Shown here piece after piece: positions 23,599 through 36,701 of a DNA stretch of 64,000 nt (position 1 is the first letter of the stretch; each line of letters starts with the position of its first letter). Source of the stretch: Macrostomum lignano. Lineage: Eukaryota. The translations under genes were made by a program, and so were the position numbers. The stretch is taken from assembly GCA_002269645.1 (NCBI GenBank), contig NIVC01001852.1, positions 84,273 through 148,272 on the forward strand, given 5' to 3'. The notes under the pieces were generated by a model. That model was not told the DNA's origin. It made no database searches and saw only the letters and a list, made by a program, of their open reading frames with translations.

Positions 23599-25210
23599 AA
23601 TGTATTTTAAAGCCCCAGGAATTTGCTAGCTAAACTTTTGTAGATCTTTTTTATACCAAACTTTTTTGAATGAATTGATGCTAATTGTTTTTATAATGAT
23701 AGTTGCCTTACTAAACACACAGAAAAAATTAAAATATGTAGAATAGCCTACTTAAGGAATAGTTGATAAATATAGATTATTATCAATATGAATGAGATTG
23801 GTAGTTCAAATCACATTTAAACTCTTATAGCATGCTGGTATCGCCTCTAAATAGTGATTGTTGAAATAATAGCTCATATTGGTAAGTAGGGATTTCCAAA
23901 TCCTACCACTTTTCAATCATCAGATTAGGAAATCCCAAAATCCCAGGATTATACTCGTAAATCAAAGTAATTCCCAGCCCAAAGTAATTTTAGTCCTCCT
24001 AGACAGACCTTGATAAAGATTTAATTAGTTTTCAAATGTAATCATAGGCTGTGATGATAGTTTTAGCCTTCAATTTTTTGTTGAAAAGAAAGCATCTTAC
24101 TCTTATTCACATTGTAGGAACTAGATCTACTAGATCTAGATCTATGGTCACAACCATATCACAGACCATGCCTCGCCTCATGATTAGCTGACATTGTGGG
24201 TTAGTATTGGTGGGTCAACTGTCTGTCGGTAGTAAAATATGAAATTTGGAATTGCATGAATTGCTGTCATTCAAAAAGTTGCTATTGTAAATCCCAGAAT
24301 TTACAGTTGTCGAAAATCCCAAATTTTAAGAATACATTCCAGACTATACTGGTGAATCACAAGAAATTGCATCCGTAGTAACACTTTTGATGCTTTAAAA
24401 AATCATTCCCCAGAATAAAGTAGTATTTGCTCAAGTGTAGCTGCAGCAAAAAATTAACGGGATTAATTTGGTTAGATTGTTCGCCTGACTGCCCCTTTTA
24501 AATTGTATGTAGTTCTAACTTTAATCCCTCGGCTTGCTGCTCCCAATCCCATCAGAACAGTGAGGCATTCCCTGAAAGATAGAAGTTTCAGGCAGGGGAA
24601 GGAAAAGATCGGATTGAGCAGGGGGGCAGTGCAGTGAGGGAGGAAAGAGTGTAGCCGAATGGGAAAAAGATCTGTGCGCAGCGGGGCATTGGCTCTTTCA
24701 GTCAGTTAGTCAGGCAGGCAGTCTGTGTGCTTTGATGAAAAAACTGATGGGCCATTCGCTTCCCTCAAGGCATCCTGCAGGAGGGAAGCCAGAGAGCTAG
24801 TGAGGGAAGGGGGGCAGGTCCCGGCCGATTTGAGGAGAATTTGAGAAGGAATGAAAACGTGCTCAATAGCGCTCGTCCAATAGGAGAGCTGACTTCTTCA
24901 ATATATCCAAACATCAAAGCGTTATTTCGCCTATATTGCAGTTCTGTCCCATAGTCCATAGTTTCTCTCTGTCTCTGTGTCTACACTGTCTATATATGCC
25001 GATATTTTCAGACCCCATCCCCAATCTTTGGCTAATCGTTACATTCAACCCAGCTTCCCACAAGTTTTATATTGCTATAAAGTATATGTATTAATATAAC
25101 GTTTACTCTAAAAGATTGAAACTCCGCTGCTTTCTTGATTCAATATTTATTTTCGCTTTTTCAGGCTCTCACGGTGCGAAATAGTTAACAATAATAACCA
25201 TATTAACAGT

Positions 25211-25243
<33 letters not shown>

Positions 25244-25321
25244 GCGATTCGACAAGGGCGAAAGTCGGCTTCGACTCGATAGAGAGAGAGAAAGAGCAAA
25301 GGATTGTGAGGCTGACGCAGC

Positions 25322-28300
25322 ATGCCAGCTCTAGTGGATATCAATGTCACAATGGCCCTGACGCCAGTGTCACACTCGCCAATGGACGCCGAACAATGGG
25401 GCCGTCAGAGATTCGCTATATTTTTAGCCGCTTCAATTGGTTTGTACGCCGGTTTAGGATGCCTATTATTAGCCTGTATAGGTATCGTTTGGCGCCGTCG
25501 GAGGCGCTTAAATCGGCGCCGATTACGCGCCGGCGCCTCGTCGGCGGCTGTGTCCTCGTCGTCGGCCGCTATGGGCAACGGTGGTCACAATTTTGGCACC
25601 AATCACGACTGGCTGCTGGCGAGAGGCACCGGCTGCAGCTCTTCGTCAGCTGGCGGGACTCCGTCGATGGATGACTGCAGCGTTCGGTTGGTCAGGCAGC
25701 TGCCTTGTTCGGGAAAAGCCGCCATCATCTACGAGGCTGTGCTAGATGTGAGACTCCATAATCTTTTATTTAGATTCTATAATCCCTTATTTAGATTATC
25801 TAATCCTCATTTTGGATTCTTTAATCCTCATTTTAGATTCTCTAACCCCCATTTTGAATTTTCTGATTCCCATTTTAGATTCTCTAATCGCCATATTGGA
25901 TTTTCTGATCCCCATTTTAGATTCTTTGATCCCCATTTTAAATTCTCTAATCGCCATTTTATAGATTGTCTAATCTCCATCTAGCATTCTTTAATCCTCA
26001 TTTTAAATTCTCTAATCCCCATTGTAGATTCTCTGATCCCCATTTTAGATTCTCTGATCCCCATTTTAGATTCTCTAATCCCCATTTTAGATTCTCTAAT
26101 CGCCATTTTATAGATTGTCTAATCTCCATCTAGCATTCTTTAATCCTCATTTTAAATTCTCTAATCCCCATTGTAGATTCTCTGATCCCCATTTTAGATT
26201 CTCTGATCCCCATTTTAGATTCTCTAATCGCCATTTTGGATTTTCTGATCCCCATTTTAGATTCTCTAATCGCCATTTTAGATTCTCTGATCCCCATTTT
26301 AGATTCTCTAATCGCCATTTTAGATTCTCTGATCCCCATTTTAGATTCTCTGATCCCCATTTTAGATTCTCTAATCGCCATTTTAAATCCTCTAATCCAG
26401 ATTATAGATTTTAAATCTCCATTTAAGATTCTCTAATCCTCATTTTATAGATTCTCTAATCCTCATTTTATAGATTCTCTAATCCTCATTTTATAGATTC
26501 TCTAATCCTCATTTTATAGATTCTCTAATCCTCATTTTATAGATTCTCTAATCCTCATTTTATAGATTCTCTAATCCTCATTTTATAGATTGTCTAATCT
26601 CCATCTAGCATTCTTTAATCCTCATTTTAAATTCTCTAATCCCCATTGTAGATTCTCTGATCCCCATTTTAGATTCTCTAATCCTCATTGTAGATAGTAG
26701 AATCCCCATTGTAGATTCTCTGATCCCCATTTGAGATTTTATAACCCCCTTGTCCACCCTCAATAATCAGTCTCATAAGCTACTGAATTCTGATTCGACC
26801 CATTCATACTTTAGTCTCAGAACGGCGATCCCTTATCACCCTTCCCATCATGCCTCAATCAGTCCTCAGCCGGTGACAGCAGCGGCAGTCGATCGTGTGT
26901 TGCCAAACTGTTTTATCCGGAATCGTCGAGCTCTATAGCCCAGTACCGGTCTGAGCTGTCTTCTTATCGCAAGCTGGAACGAGCCAACGCTGTGACATTC
27001 TTCCCCAGGCTGTTTGGTTGCACAATGTACACCGGACAGAGGCCATGTCTGCTGCTGGAACTGGCCACCGGGGGCTGCTTATCCGACCAGTTGGCCGATA
27101 GGTGAATTCTTATCTATCACTTAGTTCTCGCTGTACTTTTAGATATTGATAAAACCCCAGGAGTATTGTATCTGAAAGCACTTTAACGAGTTTCTTGTGT
27201 CATAGTACTCTTGGCGCGACATGTTCAAATTTGAAATGGCATAACCATTTTATTTGCCTTCCAATTATTATCTAGATTTAGATTAGCTAGATCTATATTG
27301 TCTATATTTATATAAGCATTAGCAACGGCGTGAGAGATTTTCTATCGGATATACTTAGCTTTTATTCTGTAAAACTGTTACGTACAATTTGCGTATATGC
27401 AGCGTAGGTCTACTTATTGGCTATGAGTTTATAAGCCTGCTAATCATAATTATTAATACGCTCGTATACAGCATTGCTTTGCAGAGATGCCTACCACAGT
27501 TCAGTTAATTAGCATTATTACCTTCATTCGATTTTATATGCACTACGCACTGACGATTAGTGTTAAACCTAGACAAAGCTGGGTAGAAGAGGTGGGAACG
27601 TATTTCGTGCATCAGTCTTGAAGGGGTACCCAGATTTATGTAGGATACCTAGATTAATAAATACAGATAAACAGCCGTGTACTCAGATTAATACCTAAAT
27701 AAATACTCAGTCATATAGCCATATAAATACTAAATAAGTACCTAGCCGTATACCCAGATAAGTACCCAGTCATATACCCAGATGTCCAAAAAAGTGGCCA
27801 TCCTTTTTAGGTGAACAGCAGGGTATTTATTTGGGTACATAATTAACTTTGAGTGACACTAAAAATCCCAATGAATATATCCAGCTGCTTAAGTGAACTC
27901 AAGCCCCATCTGTTACTCACTTTCAACTGATAAAATTCAACCAATCAAGGTGCTACAGCTGGTCAGATTTCTGCCGTTTAGCCTGCGCCCTCTGCGCCGC
28001 CGTGGCCCAGTTGCACAGCATCGGTCGGGCTCATTGCCGATTAGAGACTGCCAGCTTTGTGCTCAGAGGGCCGCTGGCACCACTGCTAGTGGGCCTGTCC
28101 GGCTTCTGGTCCACCGTTGGTAGTCACCTGCGCTACGCTGCACCAGAGCTGTTAGCAGCTTCCCAGCAGACTCCGCAGCATCATAATCAGAAACGGAATG
28201 GCAAATTGCATCAGCAGGGTCAGGGCTCGTTCAATCTGGAACAGCTGATGGCGGCTGATTCTTATTCGCTAGGCCTCATACTGTGGGAGGTCGCTACCCG

Positions 28301-29247
28301 GTAAGTCCAATCACAGTGTAGTCTTCTATGGGATACTTTGATATGGTTATGACGTCATTGATACTTACTGACGTCATCGACCCTCATTAATACTTACTCA
28401 CATCATCAACTCTCATTGATGCTTTCTGGCTTCATCGACCCATATTGATACTTAATGACGTCATCAACCCATATGGATAACCTAATGACGTCATCGACCC
28501 GCATTTATACCTAATAGCGTTATTGACCACCTGATATTTGCTGACGTCATCGACCCGCATTTATACTTAATGACGTCATTGACCCTCATTTCTCTGATCG
28601 ATAATTACTGAGACGTTATCAATCAATCGATACTCGTTGTTGATACCTAAAGACCTCGTTTATACCTGTCATTGATGACAGTAATAATCAAGCAGAGCTT
28701 ATAAGTGACTATTCAATACAACTTTTCTGAATGAATTCAGAAAATGATTTTATTAATCAAAGTGATAATAAATAAACTTTAATATTCCCTCAATCATTTG
28801 AAACGAAAGCATTGACACTTGTAGCTGGCTTATTTACTGCCATAATTAACTACATTCATATTTAGAATTTAGTTTACACTACCTTAACTCGCATTGCGCA
28901 GGTGCTCTGCATTTTACGATAAATCGGAATCGCCGCCGTCCTATGCTCCCGTATTCTCTGACCGGCTAAAAGTTCGCAGTTCGTCTGCCTCATCGGCCGA
29001 TTCGTCTGCTCAACGAACTCTAACAGCTTCTCAGGCTAGAGCAGCTCTGCTCAGGCCCGGCCTAGACTATTTGTCTACTGCTAATCCTCTGTCGGCCTCT
29101 CTGACACTGCCGGTGCAGAATCATCCGGCGCTGCCATTTATTGCTGAAACTCTGGCCGAGTGTTGGACACCGGCTAGCGTTGGTAAACGGCTTAGCCCGG
29201 CCAGTCTGCACGCCAGGTTCTCGTCTTTGGCGCCAAATTTTGTTTGA
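25322..29247 (+). CDS. Single-pass TGF-beta receptor-family pseudokinase, ~453 aa; exons 25322-25747, 26863-27101, 27950-28300, 28902-29247
   Basis: Phase-consistent GT-AG introns. A TM helix (FAIFLAASIGLYAGLGCLLLACIGIVW) is followed by RRRRR. Kinase-fold motifs are CVAKLF, LLLELATGGCL, LHSIGRAHCRL, LRYAAPELL, DSYSLGLILWEVATRC and ETLAECW...RL, typical of TGF-beta receptor kinases. HRD and DFG aspartates are absent. Confidence 0.8.
25770..26740. repeat. 21/23-bp minisatellite (TAGATTCTCTAATCCCCATTT) in pseudokinase intron 1
   Basis: Tandem array that produces the FRFSDPH-type spurious ORFs. Confidence 0.95.
28345..28590. repeat. Degenerate ~29-30-bp repeat containing six TGACGTCA (CRE) palindromes
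   Basis: TGACGTCA at 28350, 28369, 28456, 28486, 28542 and 28571, in pseudokinase intron 3. Confidence 0.8.
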
Positions 29248-29402
29248 AATTTCTTTTCAATTTACCGGCTAATTAGCTGACGACGCATTAAAGCTTGATT
29301 TTTAATGCATTGTTGCTCCTGCCGCTTATTTACTTTTTAAAATAAACTCAAAAGAATGACTATGCGATTTTTTAGATTAGTTCTATAACTAATATAATAC
29401 TC

Positions 29403-29667
29403 ATTAGATGTCGAGGCCTTTCATTATCCTAACAAAAGAATAGCTACTCGTGCCGTTTACCCATCGCAAACTTCAACATTAATGGAAATAGAAAATTATT
29501 ATAACCCCTTCACTGCTTTGTGCAATTATGCACGAAATGTTACTTATTAAAACCATATCTACACCTGTAAGTCGATACTAGTTTATAATCATAGCCTCAA
29601 AACTAATTAGATGACGAGGCTTTTCATTAATAAGGCTAATGTATAGTTACTCTCGCCCTTTAAACCC
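29403..29667 (-). pseudogene. Two further degenerate 28S rRNA H69-region fragments (29403-29462, 29602-29667)
   Basis: The reverse complements read GGGTAAACGGCACGAGTAGCTAT...GCCTCGACATCTAAT and GGCGAGAGTAACTAT...GCCTCGTCATCTAATTAGT. Confidence 0.75.
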
Positions 29668-30057
29668 TAAATATTCACTTGTATTTTGCCTCTACCCCTT
29701 CTCTCCCCTTCTCCTTCCTAAGAAAAAATAACACTCTCTGAAATTGGAACAGCAGCTTAATCCGATTGGTATTTGCATAGAGAAATATTAAATTTCTTCT
29801 TTTTTAACCTGCATCTAGTCAGTCCTAATCATGAAAGCAGAACGCTGAAGCTATCGGAGCCCGCCCCACGATTTCATGCCAGCTGCTTTTCGATTAACCA
29901 ATTCGAATTTTATCTAGTCGCTTCTTATCCTGTTACTTGAGCTTCAACTGGTTCTTCTCTCAGCTGCTTTTTGCAGAGCGATGCTGCAATGTTAATTTGG
30001 ATTTTATCACTGCGCCTTTTTATTGCTTCACTGCTGTATTGTGTCAGCATGTAAGTC

Positions 30058-30247
30058 CTGTCTGTCTCTGTCTGTCTGATTGTCTGTCTTAGTACCTGTC
30101 TGTCTGTCTGTCTGTCTGTCTCTGTCTGTCTGATTGTCTGTCTTAGTACCTGTCTGTTTGTCTGTCTGTCTGTCTGATTGTCTGTCTTAGTACCTGTCTG
30201 TCTGTCTGTCTGTCTGTCTGCTTTAGTACCTGCCTGACTGTCTGTCC

Positions 30248-30279
<32 letters not shown>

Positions 30280-30425
30280 GCTTTAGTACCTGCCTGACTG
30301 TCTGTCCGTCTGTCTGTCTGTCTGTCTGTGTGTGTGTGTCTGACTGTCTGTCTTTCTAGTGTCTGCCTGTCTGTCTCTTCCTATCTGCCTGTCTCCCTTT
30401 GAGCCCACCAGCTGTCTGTCTGTCT
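30058..30425. repeat. (TCTG)n microsatellite
   Basis: Direct inspection. Confidence 0.95.
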
Positions 30426-31789
30426 TACCGCTACTGTCTCTATCTACTGTCCCCTTCATTATTCATTCGCTTGCCTAAAGTGCAACGCCCCCTAACTTGT
30501 TGATCACTTACAGCAGTGTTTAATTCGCAATCGAATTCAGCTCTATTATCTTTCATTCTGAGTGTAAACTTGTTTTTTTTATTTGAGTACTTTTTTGAGC
30601 ACCAATCTTTTTAAGTCACCTCCACAGGGAATCGCGAAGTGAATATGCACTCAATAATTCATTGCTGAATCTCCGTAACTTCGTGCAGTGACTTCGTGCT
30701 AAATATTTTTCAGTACAAACTTGACCCAGTTTGCTACTCACTTGGCAGTTATTGCTGGGAGGCAATCTCTGTTGTTATAACTGTTAAATGCTTGTAACTA
30801 TGGAGATTATATTTCTTCAATTCGTTGTGTACACACGCATCCTCTTCATACGAGCTTTGTTGACGGCCGATGAATTTTCCCAATGATTTTTTATGGCTTA
30901 CTATTTATTATTAGTATTAATTATTAGTCTGGTGTACAGTCGTGAACAGATTTTGTACACAGTACGTGGATGTATTTTTCTAGATAAAAGATCTAAGAAA
31001 AATTGTTTTGTGGCGTTTATACTGCAAATGAAAGTGCAATAAGTACTTTATATACTCTTTAGCTTATATTTGTCTTGCCCGTTTTTAACTGTTTTGTCCG
31101 CTTATAAATATGCATTATGTACTTATTAATACAGATACTCAATAGAGTTAACTGCCACGCATATTTGAGCATGTTCGTCTGCGTCTCTCCTATTCACTGC
31201 TGCACTTTTAACTTTGATAATACGTTAATAATGGTCATTGTTGTTCTAATATATTTATATTTGTTTTTTAAGTCATTGTCAGATTTTCTATTAGCATATT
31301 AAGTATATACCCAACACAATTCTTTTGGTACTGTTGAAGTAAAAAAATAAAATTGCAAATATGCCAATCCAATAGTTTATCTTTCTCTTTTTTATTGTTG
31401 TAGAAACTAATTTCAGTTTTTTATCTCAACTTTTCTCACTTATTGTCAGTAATTTCTTTTCTATTTTTAACTTTTGTGTTTCTTTTTTTTGCGTTTTTCC
31501 ACTTACCTTTGGCTCTACTGTCTATTAGTGCAATTTGCGACAGAATCTAGATTATTAACTCGATAGTTGGAGTACTGACTGATAATGTTACCTTTGCAGC
31601 AGGTCAATACAAATACAGATGGACTTAATATATAGTGGCGTTATGTTAAGCAATAAAAGCTTTGCTTGTTTCATTTTATTCTACACATTTTAGTGGCTAT
31701 AGCGCTTATTAGTATCCTTATTCTGACATTTCCATTACAATCCGTGTTTTATATCCGAATATGACCCCCATTTGCATGTAGATCCTAAC

Positions 31790-32525
31790 ATGACCCCCAT
31801 TTCCATGTAGATCATACCATGACCCCCGATTTACATTTAGATTCCGCAATGGCCCACCAATTTACATTTAGATCCCACAATGGCCCACCAATTTACATTT
31901 AGATCCCACTATGGCCCACCAATTGACATTTAGATTCCGCAATGGCCCACCAATTTACATTTAGATCCCACTATGGCCCACCAATTTACATTTAGATTCC
32001 ACAATGGCCCACCAATTTACATTTAGATTCCACAATGGCCCACCAATTTACATTTAGATTCCACAATGGCCCACCAATTTACATTTAGATTCCACAATGG
32101 CCCACCAATTTACATTTAGATTCCACAATGGCCCACCAATTTACATTTAGATTCCACAATGGCCCACCAATTTACATTTAGATTCCACAATGGCCCACCA
32201 ATTTACATTTCGATTCCACTATGGCCCACCAATTTACATTTAGATTCCACAATGGCCCACCAATTTACATTTAGATTCCACAATGGCCCACCAATTTACA
32301 TTTAGATTCCACAATGGCCCACCAATTTACATTTCGATTCCACAATGGCCCACCAATTTACATTTAGATTCCACAATGGCCCACCAATTTACATTTAGAT
32401 TCCGCAATGGCCCATCAATTTACATTTAGATTCCACAATGGCCCACCAATTTACATTTAGATTCCACAATGGCCCACCAATTTACATTTAGATTCCACAA
32501 TGGCCCACCAATTTACATTTAGATC
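31790..32525. repeat. 31-bp minisatellite (GGCCCACCAATTTACATTTAGATTCCACAAT)
   Basis: About 22 near-identical head-to-tail copies with no spacers. Confidence 0.95.
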
Positions 32526-34833
32526 CCTTCCGCTCCCTAAGTTGCCTTTCGCATTCTCCGTTTCCCCGTCTCTATTCGCAAAAGTTTCCCTACTTGAGCA
32601 CAAACGCAGCATACATTGCTGATCATAATTTTCGCTTGCCTCATTCTCTTCCCCATTTACTTTTTTAGTTTCAATGTAGAAAAGTTTTTCAACTCGTTAA
32701 AAATCGCCCCCAAAGCTGTGCTAATTTCCCGTTTCCCTGATTTTATCAGCCTCCCCGCAAGTTCAGATCCGTTAAAAATCGACGAATTGCTGGTCTGTTT
32801 CCCAGGAGAAAATTGAAGCAATTATTGTGTCAGTTTTTTGACGAGAACAATTTTTTCGCAGGAAACCTCCACTCACTGAAAAAGTGCACTGGTAGTTCTA
32901 TATTAGTTTTATATAAAATCGATATTTACCAATACCATGTCAGCACTCTGCCTTCCCAGTCTTTTCTGTAGAGCTTTAAATTAGGGATCATAGTGTGCGT
33001 CTTTTGGCCTATTCATTAGTAGTTAGTCATCCCGTATCCACCAATGTCCACACTGGTCAAGTGCTGCTGTACCAGTTATTAACGTTGAAGTAATTATAAC
33101 CCATCGATTTATTATTTATGATACCTTGCCTGGGAGAGACGCATTATTACATTGTATTCCAACATTCAGACTAATAGAATTCATATAGTCGTAACTGCGA
33201 CTTTCGTAAGTGACCGCGTATTATAGAGGAGTCAATGTACTCTAAAAAATCTCTTCCTTGGCTTAAAGTTCCTGCAGTCAATTTTCAAGTAAAGCTTTTG
33301 TGCTGTGCTGTCGACTTCCTGTACCAGCACCAGCGCTCTTTGCTTTTCGTACTCCGCTTTGTTAATCCTATATGAGCTTAGATTCTCGGGCGTCTCCGCT
33401 AAGTAGCCATGTTAATTCTGCCGCGTCAGTTTCTTGCACCCTTGTCAACCACTCCCTCACTAATACTGTATTGTGTTGGGTCAAAGCCGCTGCTATATGT
33501 GTGTATAGTGAAAGACTTTTCGATTCTTGACTTCTTCTTCTGGCGTTAGTTCTACAATGAAGTGGTTCCATATTCCATTACTAAACTTCCACAGCGTATG
33601 GGACAGAGTTGCAGACAGTCAATAGCTTTCGACACACACAGAGTGCTTCCTTCTATTTGCATAAACTGCGCCGGGATAGCAAAATGATGCTGGCTGGTAG
33701 CATTATAAGACTAGTGGGCTGGCACTCACATAGAATGTACTGCGGCCCAGAGTTTCTAATCGTCAGATATGTACACTCAATACTTGCATAAAAACTGAAT
33801 TACAAAAAACTATGAATTAGAAGTCCTGGAGATCTTGGAGATGGAGATTTTCTAAGAGTGACAGTGGCGAGTGAGTATTATTGGAGAGTGACAGGTGGCA
33901 AGCACTCAAGAATATACGGTTTCGTATTGTCTATCACAATCTTTTCCCGGTAAACATTTCATGAAAGAAATAAAGAGCTTCATATAATTTTTTTGAGTCA
34001 ACATTCGACACAGTTCATCTTTATTTGCAATTCAAAAGTCCAGATGGACGCGCTTCACGCCTTGTACGTTGCATTTGACCAGTTTGCTTGACTAGAGCTG
34101 AGTACACAAGGAGAGAATGTAGCAGAATTTTACCCAAACGAAAAAGCCGGCCGCTCAATAAAACAAAGCTGCTTTTTTGTTAGAGTTCCCTGGGGTCCGG
34201 TCTAATCCATATTGATCTTCTGCTGTGCTCTACTCTGCTCTGCCGGTTAATCATCTATCGCAGCCGGCCTGTCCCCCCGTGCATCTCCCTTATCTTGTTC
34301 GTGCACTAGTTTCTCAATGTCCTCTCTTATGTATTAGTCAGAAAAAAAGAGCTAATCTGTATTCTGCAACAAGCCTTAGCTAAATCCATTGGGAAATTGT
34401 CACTCACAAATTGCTTTAGAGAAAAAAATGAAAAATCTACAAATTACAGCTGATTTTGGTTTGGGGCATCGGTGCTCAAATAAACCCTAAACAAAGCTTT
34501 CCGCGTACTGCCCATAGTGCTTACCTGACTGTTATAGACAATTTTTCAGTAGTGCAGCAGACAGTTTTATTATCTTACGTTAATATTACATTATTGAGTT
34601 TATTTTTTGCCTGCAGGCATATTAGATGCAGCAACTATAGTGGACTGAATCAATAGCTGATGATGAGAAAGATGGGTTGGAGACTGCTTGGCCAGTTAGG
34701 TCTGCGTACTTTTTTGCATTCCGGCTTCTATATATAGAATCTACTTGTCCTGCGTGCATATAAAACATCCGAATTCTCCGTCTGTCTTAACCTTTTTGCC
34801 AACGTTCCGAATTAATTCTATTTGTGCGCTTCC

Positions 34834-34905
<72 letters not shown>

Positions 34906-35254
34906 GGCCTGTCTGTCCTTCCTATTCTATGTTGCAATTCGTTTTACCTTCTAGTCCACATTGCATTGCATATTCTTAGTAGCAATTCTAATGGTTAATC
35001 CCTTTAGTAATTTTGTTTGTTTCTTTTTTGTCTTTTAAAAAGGACACGATGTCACTAAAATGGGCGATTCAATAATAGTCACAAACTATACTTTACAACA
35101 AAACACACTCAGTATGAACCGAGAGACAACATCTGTAAGATTTTTTACTGTCAAGCTTGACACGGATATATTATTTAAAAACATAAGCAATAGAAATTTT
35201 TAATTCCAGAGGATAACATCTTATCTAATTCAGTCTATGCTTATTCTCTACCTA

Positions 35255-35680
35255 AAGCCTATTGCAAGTCATTCTCCACCTAAAGCCATAGACTACTGCA
35301 AGTCATCATATACCTAAAGCCATAGACTACTGCAAGTCATCCTCTACTTGAAGCGATAGACTACTGCAAGTCATACTCCACCTAAAGCCATAGACTACTG
35401 CAAGTCATCCTCTACTTGAAGCGATAGACTACTGCAAGTCATACTCCACCTAAAGCCATAGACTACTGCAAGTCATTGTCTACCTAAAGCCATAGACTAT
35501 TGCAAGTCATACTCCACCTAAAGCCATAGACTACTGCAAGTCATCCTCTACCTAAAGCCATAGACTATTGCAAGTCATTCTCTACCTAAAGCCATAGACT
35601 ATTGCAAGTCATTCTCCACCTAAAGCCATAGATTACTGAAGTTCATTCTCTACCTAAAGCCATAGACTATTGAAAGTCAT
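35255..35680. repeat. 34-bp minisatellite (ACCTAAAGCCATAGACTACTGCAAGTCATTCTCC)
   Basis: About 12 tandem copies just upstream of the PCGF gene. Confidence 0.9.
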
Positions 35681-35818
35681 TTTTGACGTAGAGCTAAATT
35701 TTACGTAACTAGCATTGTTACTGAGTGTGGTAATTAATTAATAAGTTATCTAGTTAACTTCACTTAGCTGCACTAAAACCCATAACTATACAATTAAAAT
35801 TTCAGTTGCAAAAATACC

Positions 35819-36631
35819 ATGCACAAGCTAGTACACCTGCCAATCAATCAATTAAACGAGCACATCACCTGTCGCCTATGCCAGGGCTACCTGATTGACG
35901 CTACTACCATAGTAGAATGCTTGCACGCCTTCTGTCGCTCGTGCCTATTGACCCATCTGACTCAGCAGCACGCCTGTCCAGTATGCGATATCCAGCTGCA
36001 CAAAGGCGATCCATACCGCGCCATCCGCCTAGACCGGGCGCTGCAATCGCTCGTATACAAACTCGTGCCCGGCCTATTCAAATCTGAGATGACTCGTCGC
36101 CGTCAGTTCTACGTTGAGCATCCTTCGGCTGGGTCTGACCGAGCTTTGAGTCCGGAGAAACGCGGCGATTTATTAGCGCCAGAGACTGCTAGCCTAGTCC
36201 AGGACGACGAACGGGTGTCCTTGTCGCTTGAACTGGCCGACACTAAGCGAATCCGTAATGGCCGACTGCTCAGAACTGATTGCGTTGATCAGACTCGGGC
36301 TTGCTACCTGCTAGCGCCCGCCTGTCTTACTGTGCAACAGTTGCAAAAATTTCTCCGATTGAAACTGGACCTACGACCGACTCAGTCTATTGCAATATTC
36401 TACACTGAGGACTGTTTGCACGCCGACTTCTCTATTATGGATATTGCCTACGTGTACGCTTGGCGTAGGAAAGGACCTTTGAGACTGTTTTACACTGTGC
36501 TTGAGTCGGCTGCCGCTAGGGCATCTGCTGGAGCTGCTGCTGCGGCTGCTGCTACTGGCTGTCCCAGCTCAACTTTTGGGTTGAGCAGCTGTTCCGCTAG
36601 CGACAGCGGGGCTGATGCCAATTCCAGCTGA
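35819..36631 (+). CDS. Polycomb group RING finger protein (PCGF; BMI1/PCGF2/Psc-like), RING + RAWUL, single-exon CDS
   Basis: LNEHITCRLCQGYLIDATTIVECLHAFCRSC...CPVC RING. YKLVPGLFKSEMTRRRQFY matches BMI1-type YKLVPGLF..EM.RRR.FY. The RAWUL segment ends YAWRRKGPLRLFY. An AG acceptor lies just upstream of the ATG. Confidence 0.93.
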   Translation: MHKLVHLPINQLNEHITCRLCQGYLIDATTIVECLHAFCRSCLLTHLTQQHACPVCDIQLHKGDPYRAIRLDRALQSLVYKLVPGLFKSEMTRRRQFYVEHPSAGSDRALSPEKRGDLLAPETASLVQDDERVSLSLELADTKRIRNGRLLRTDCVDQTRACYLLAPACLTVQQLQKFLRLKLDLRPTQSIAIFYTEDCLHADFSIMDIAYVYAWRRKGPLRLFYTVLESAAARASAGAAAAAAATGCPSSTFGLSSCSASDSGADANSS

Positions 36632-36701
36632 GGTGCAGTGCAAGCTTGGGGTTTTTTTGGCTAGGGTGATGGCTTTCATCTTCAGATTACAAAGTCTAGA
36701 G

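Noticed and set aside
25748-26436. FRFSDPH / MGIRESK repeat ORFs and the C-terminal part of ORF 25322..25984
   Set aside because: This is read-through into the intron-1 minisatellite after the GTGAGA donor at 25748.
19621-29667. Functional 28S rRNA gene or rDNA unit
   Set aside because: Only isolated ~64-bp fragments match. The surrounding DNA has no further rRNA similarity, so they are treated as captured fragments.
31790-32525. CRISPR-like array (31-bp repeats)
   Set aside because: Units are head-to-tail with no unique spacers, the context is eukaryotic, and there are no cas genes. The same applies to the 25-, 34- and 46-bp arrays.
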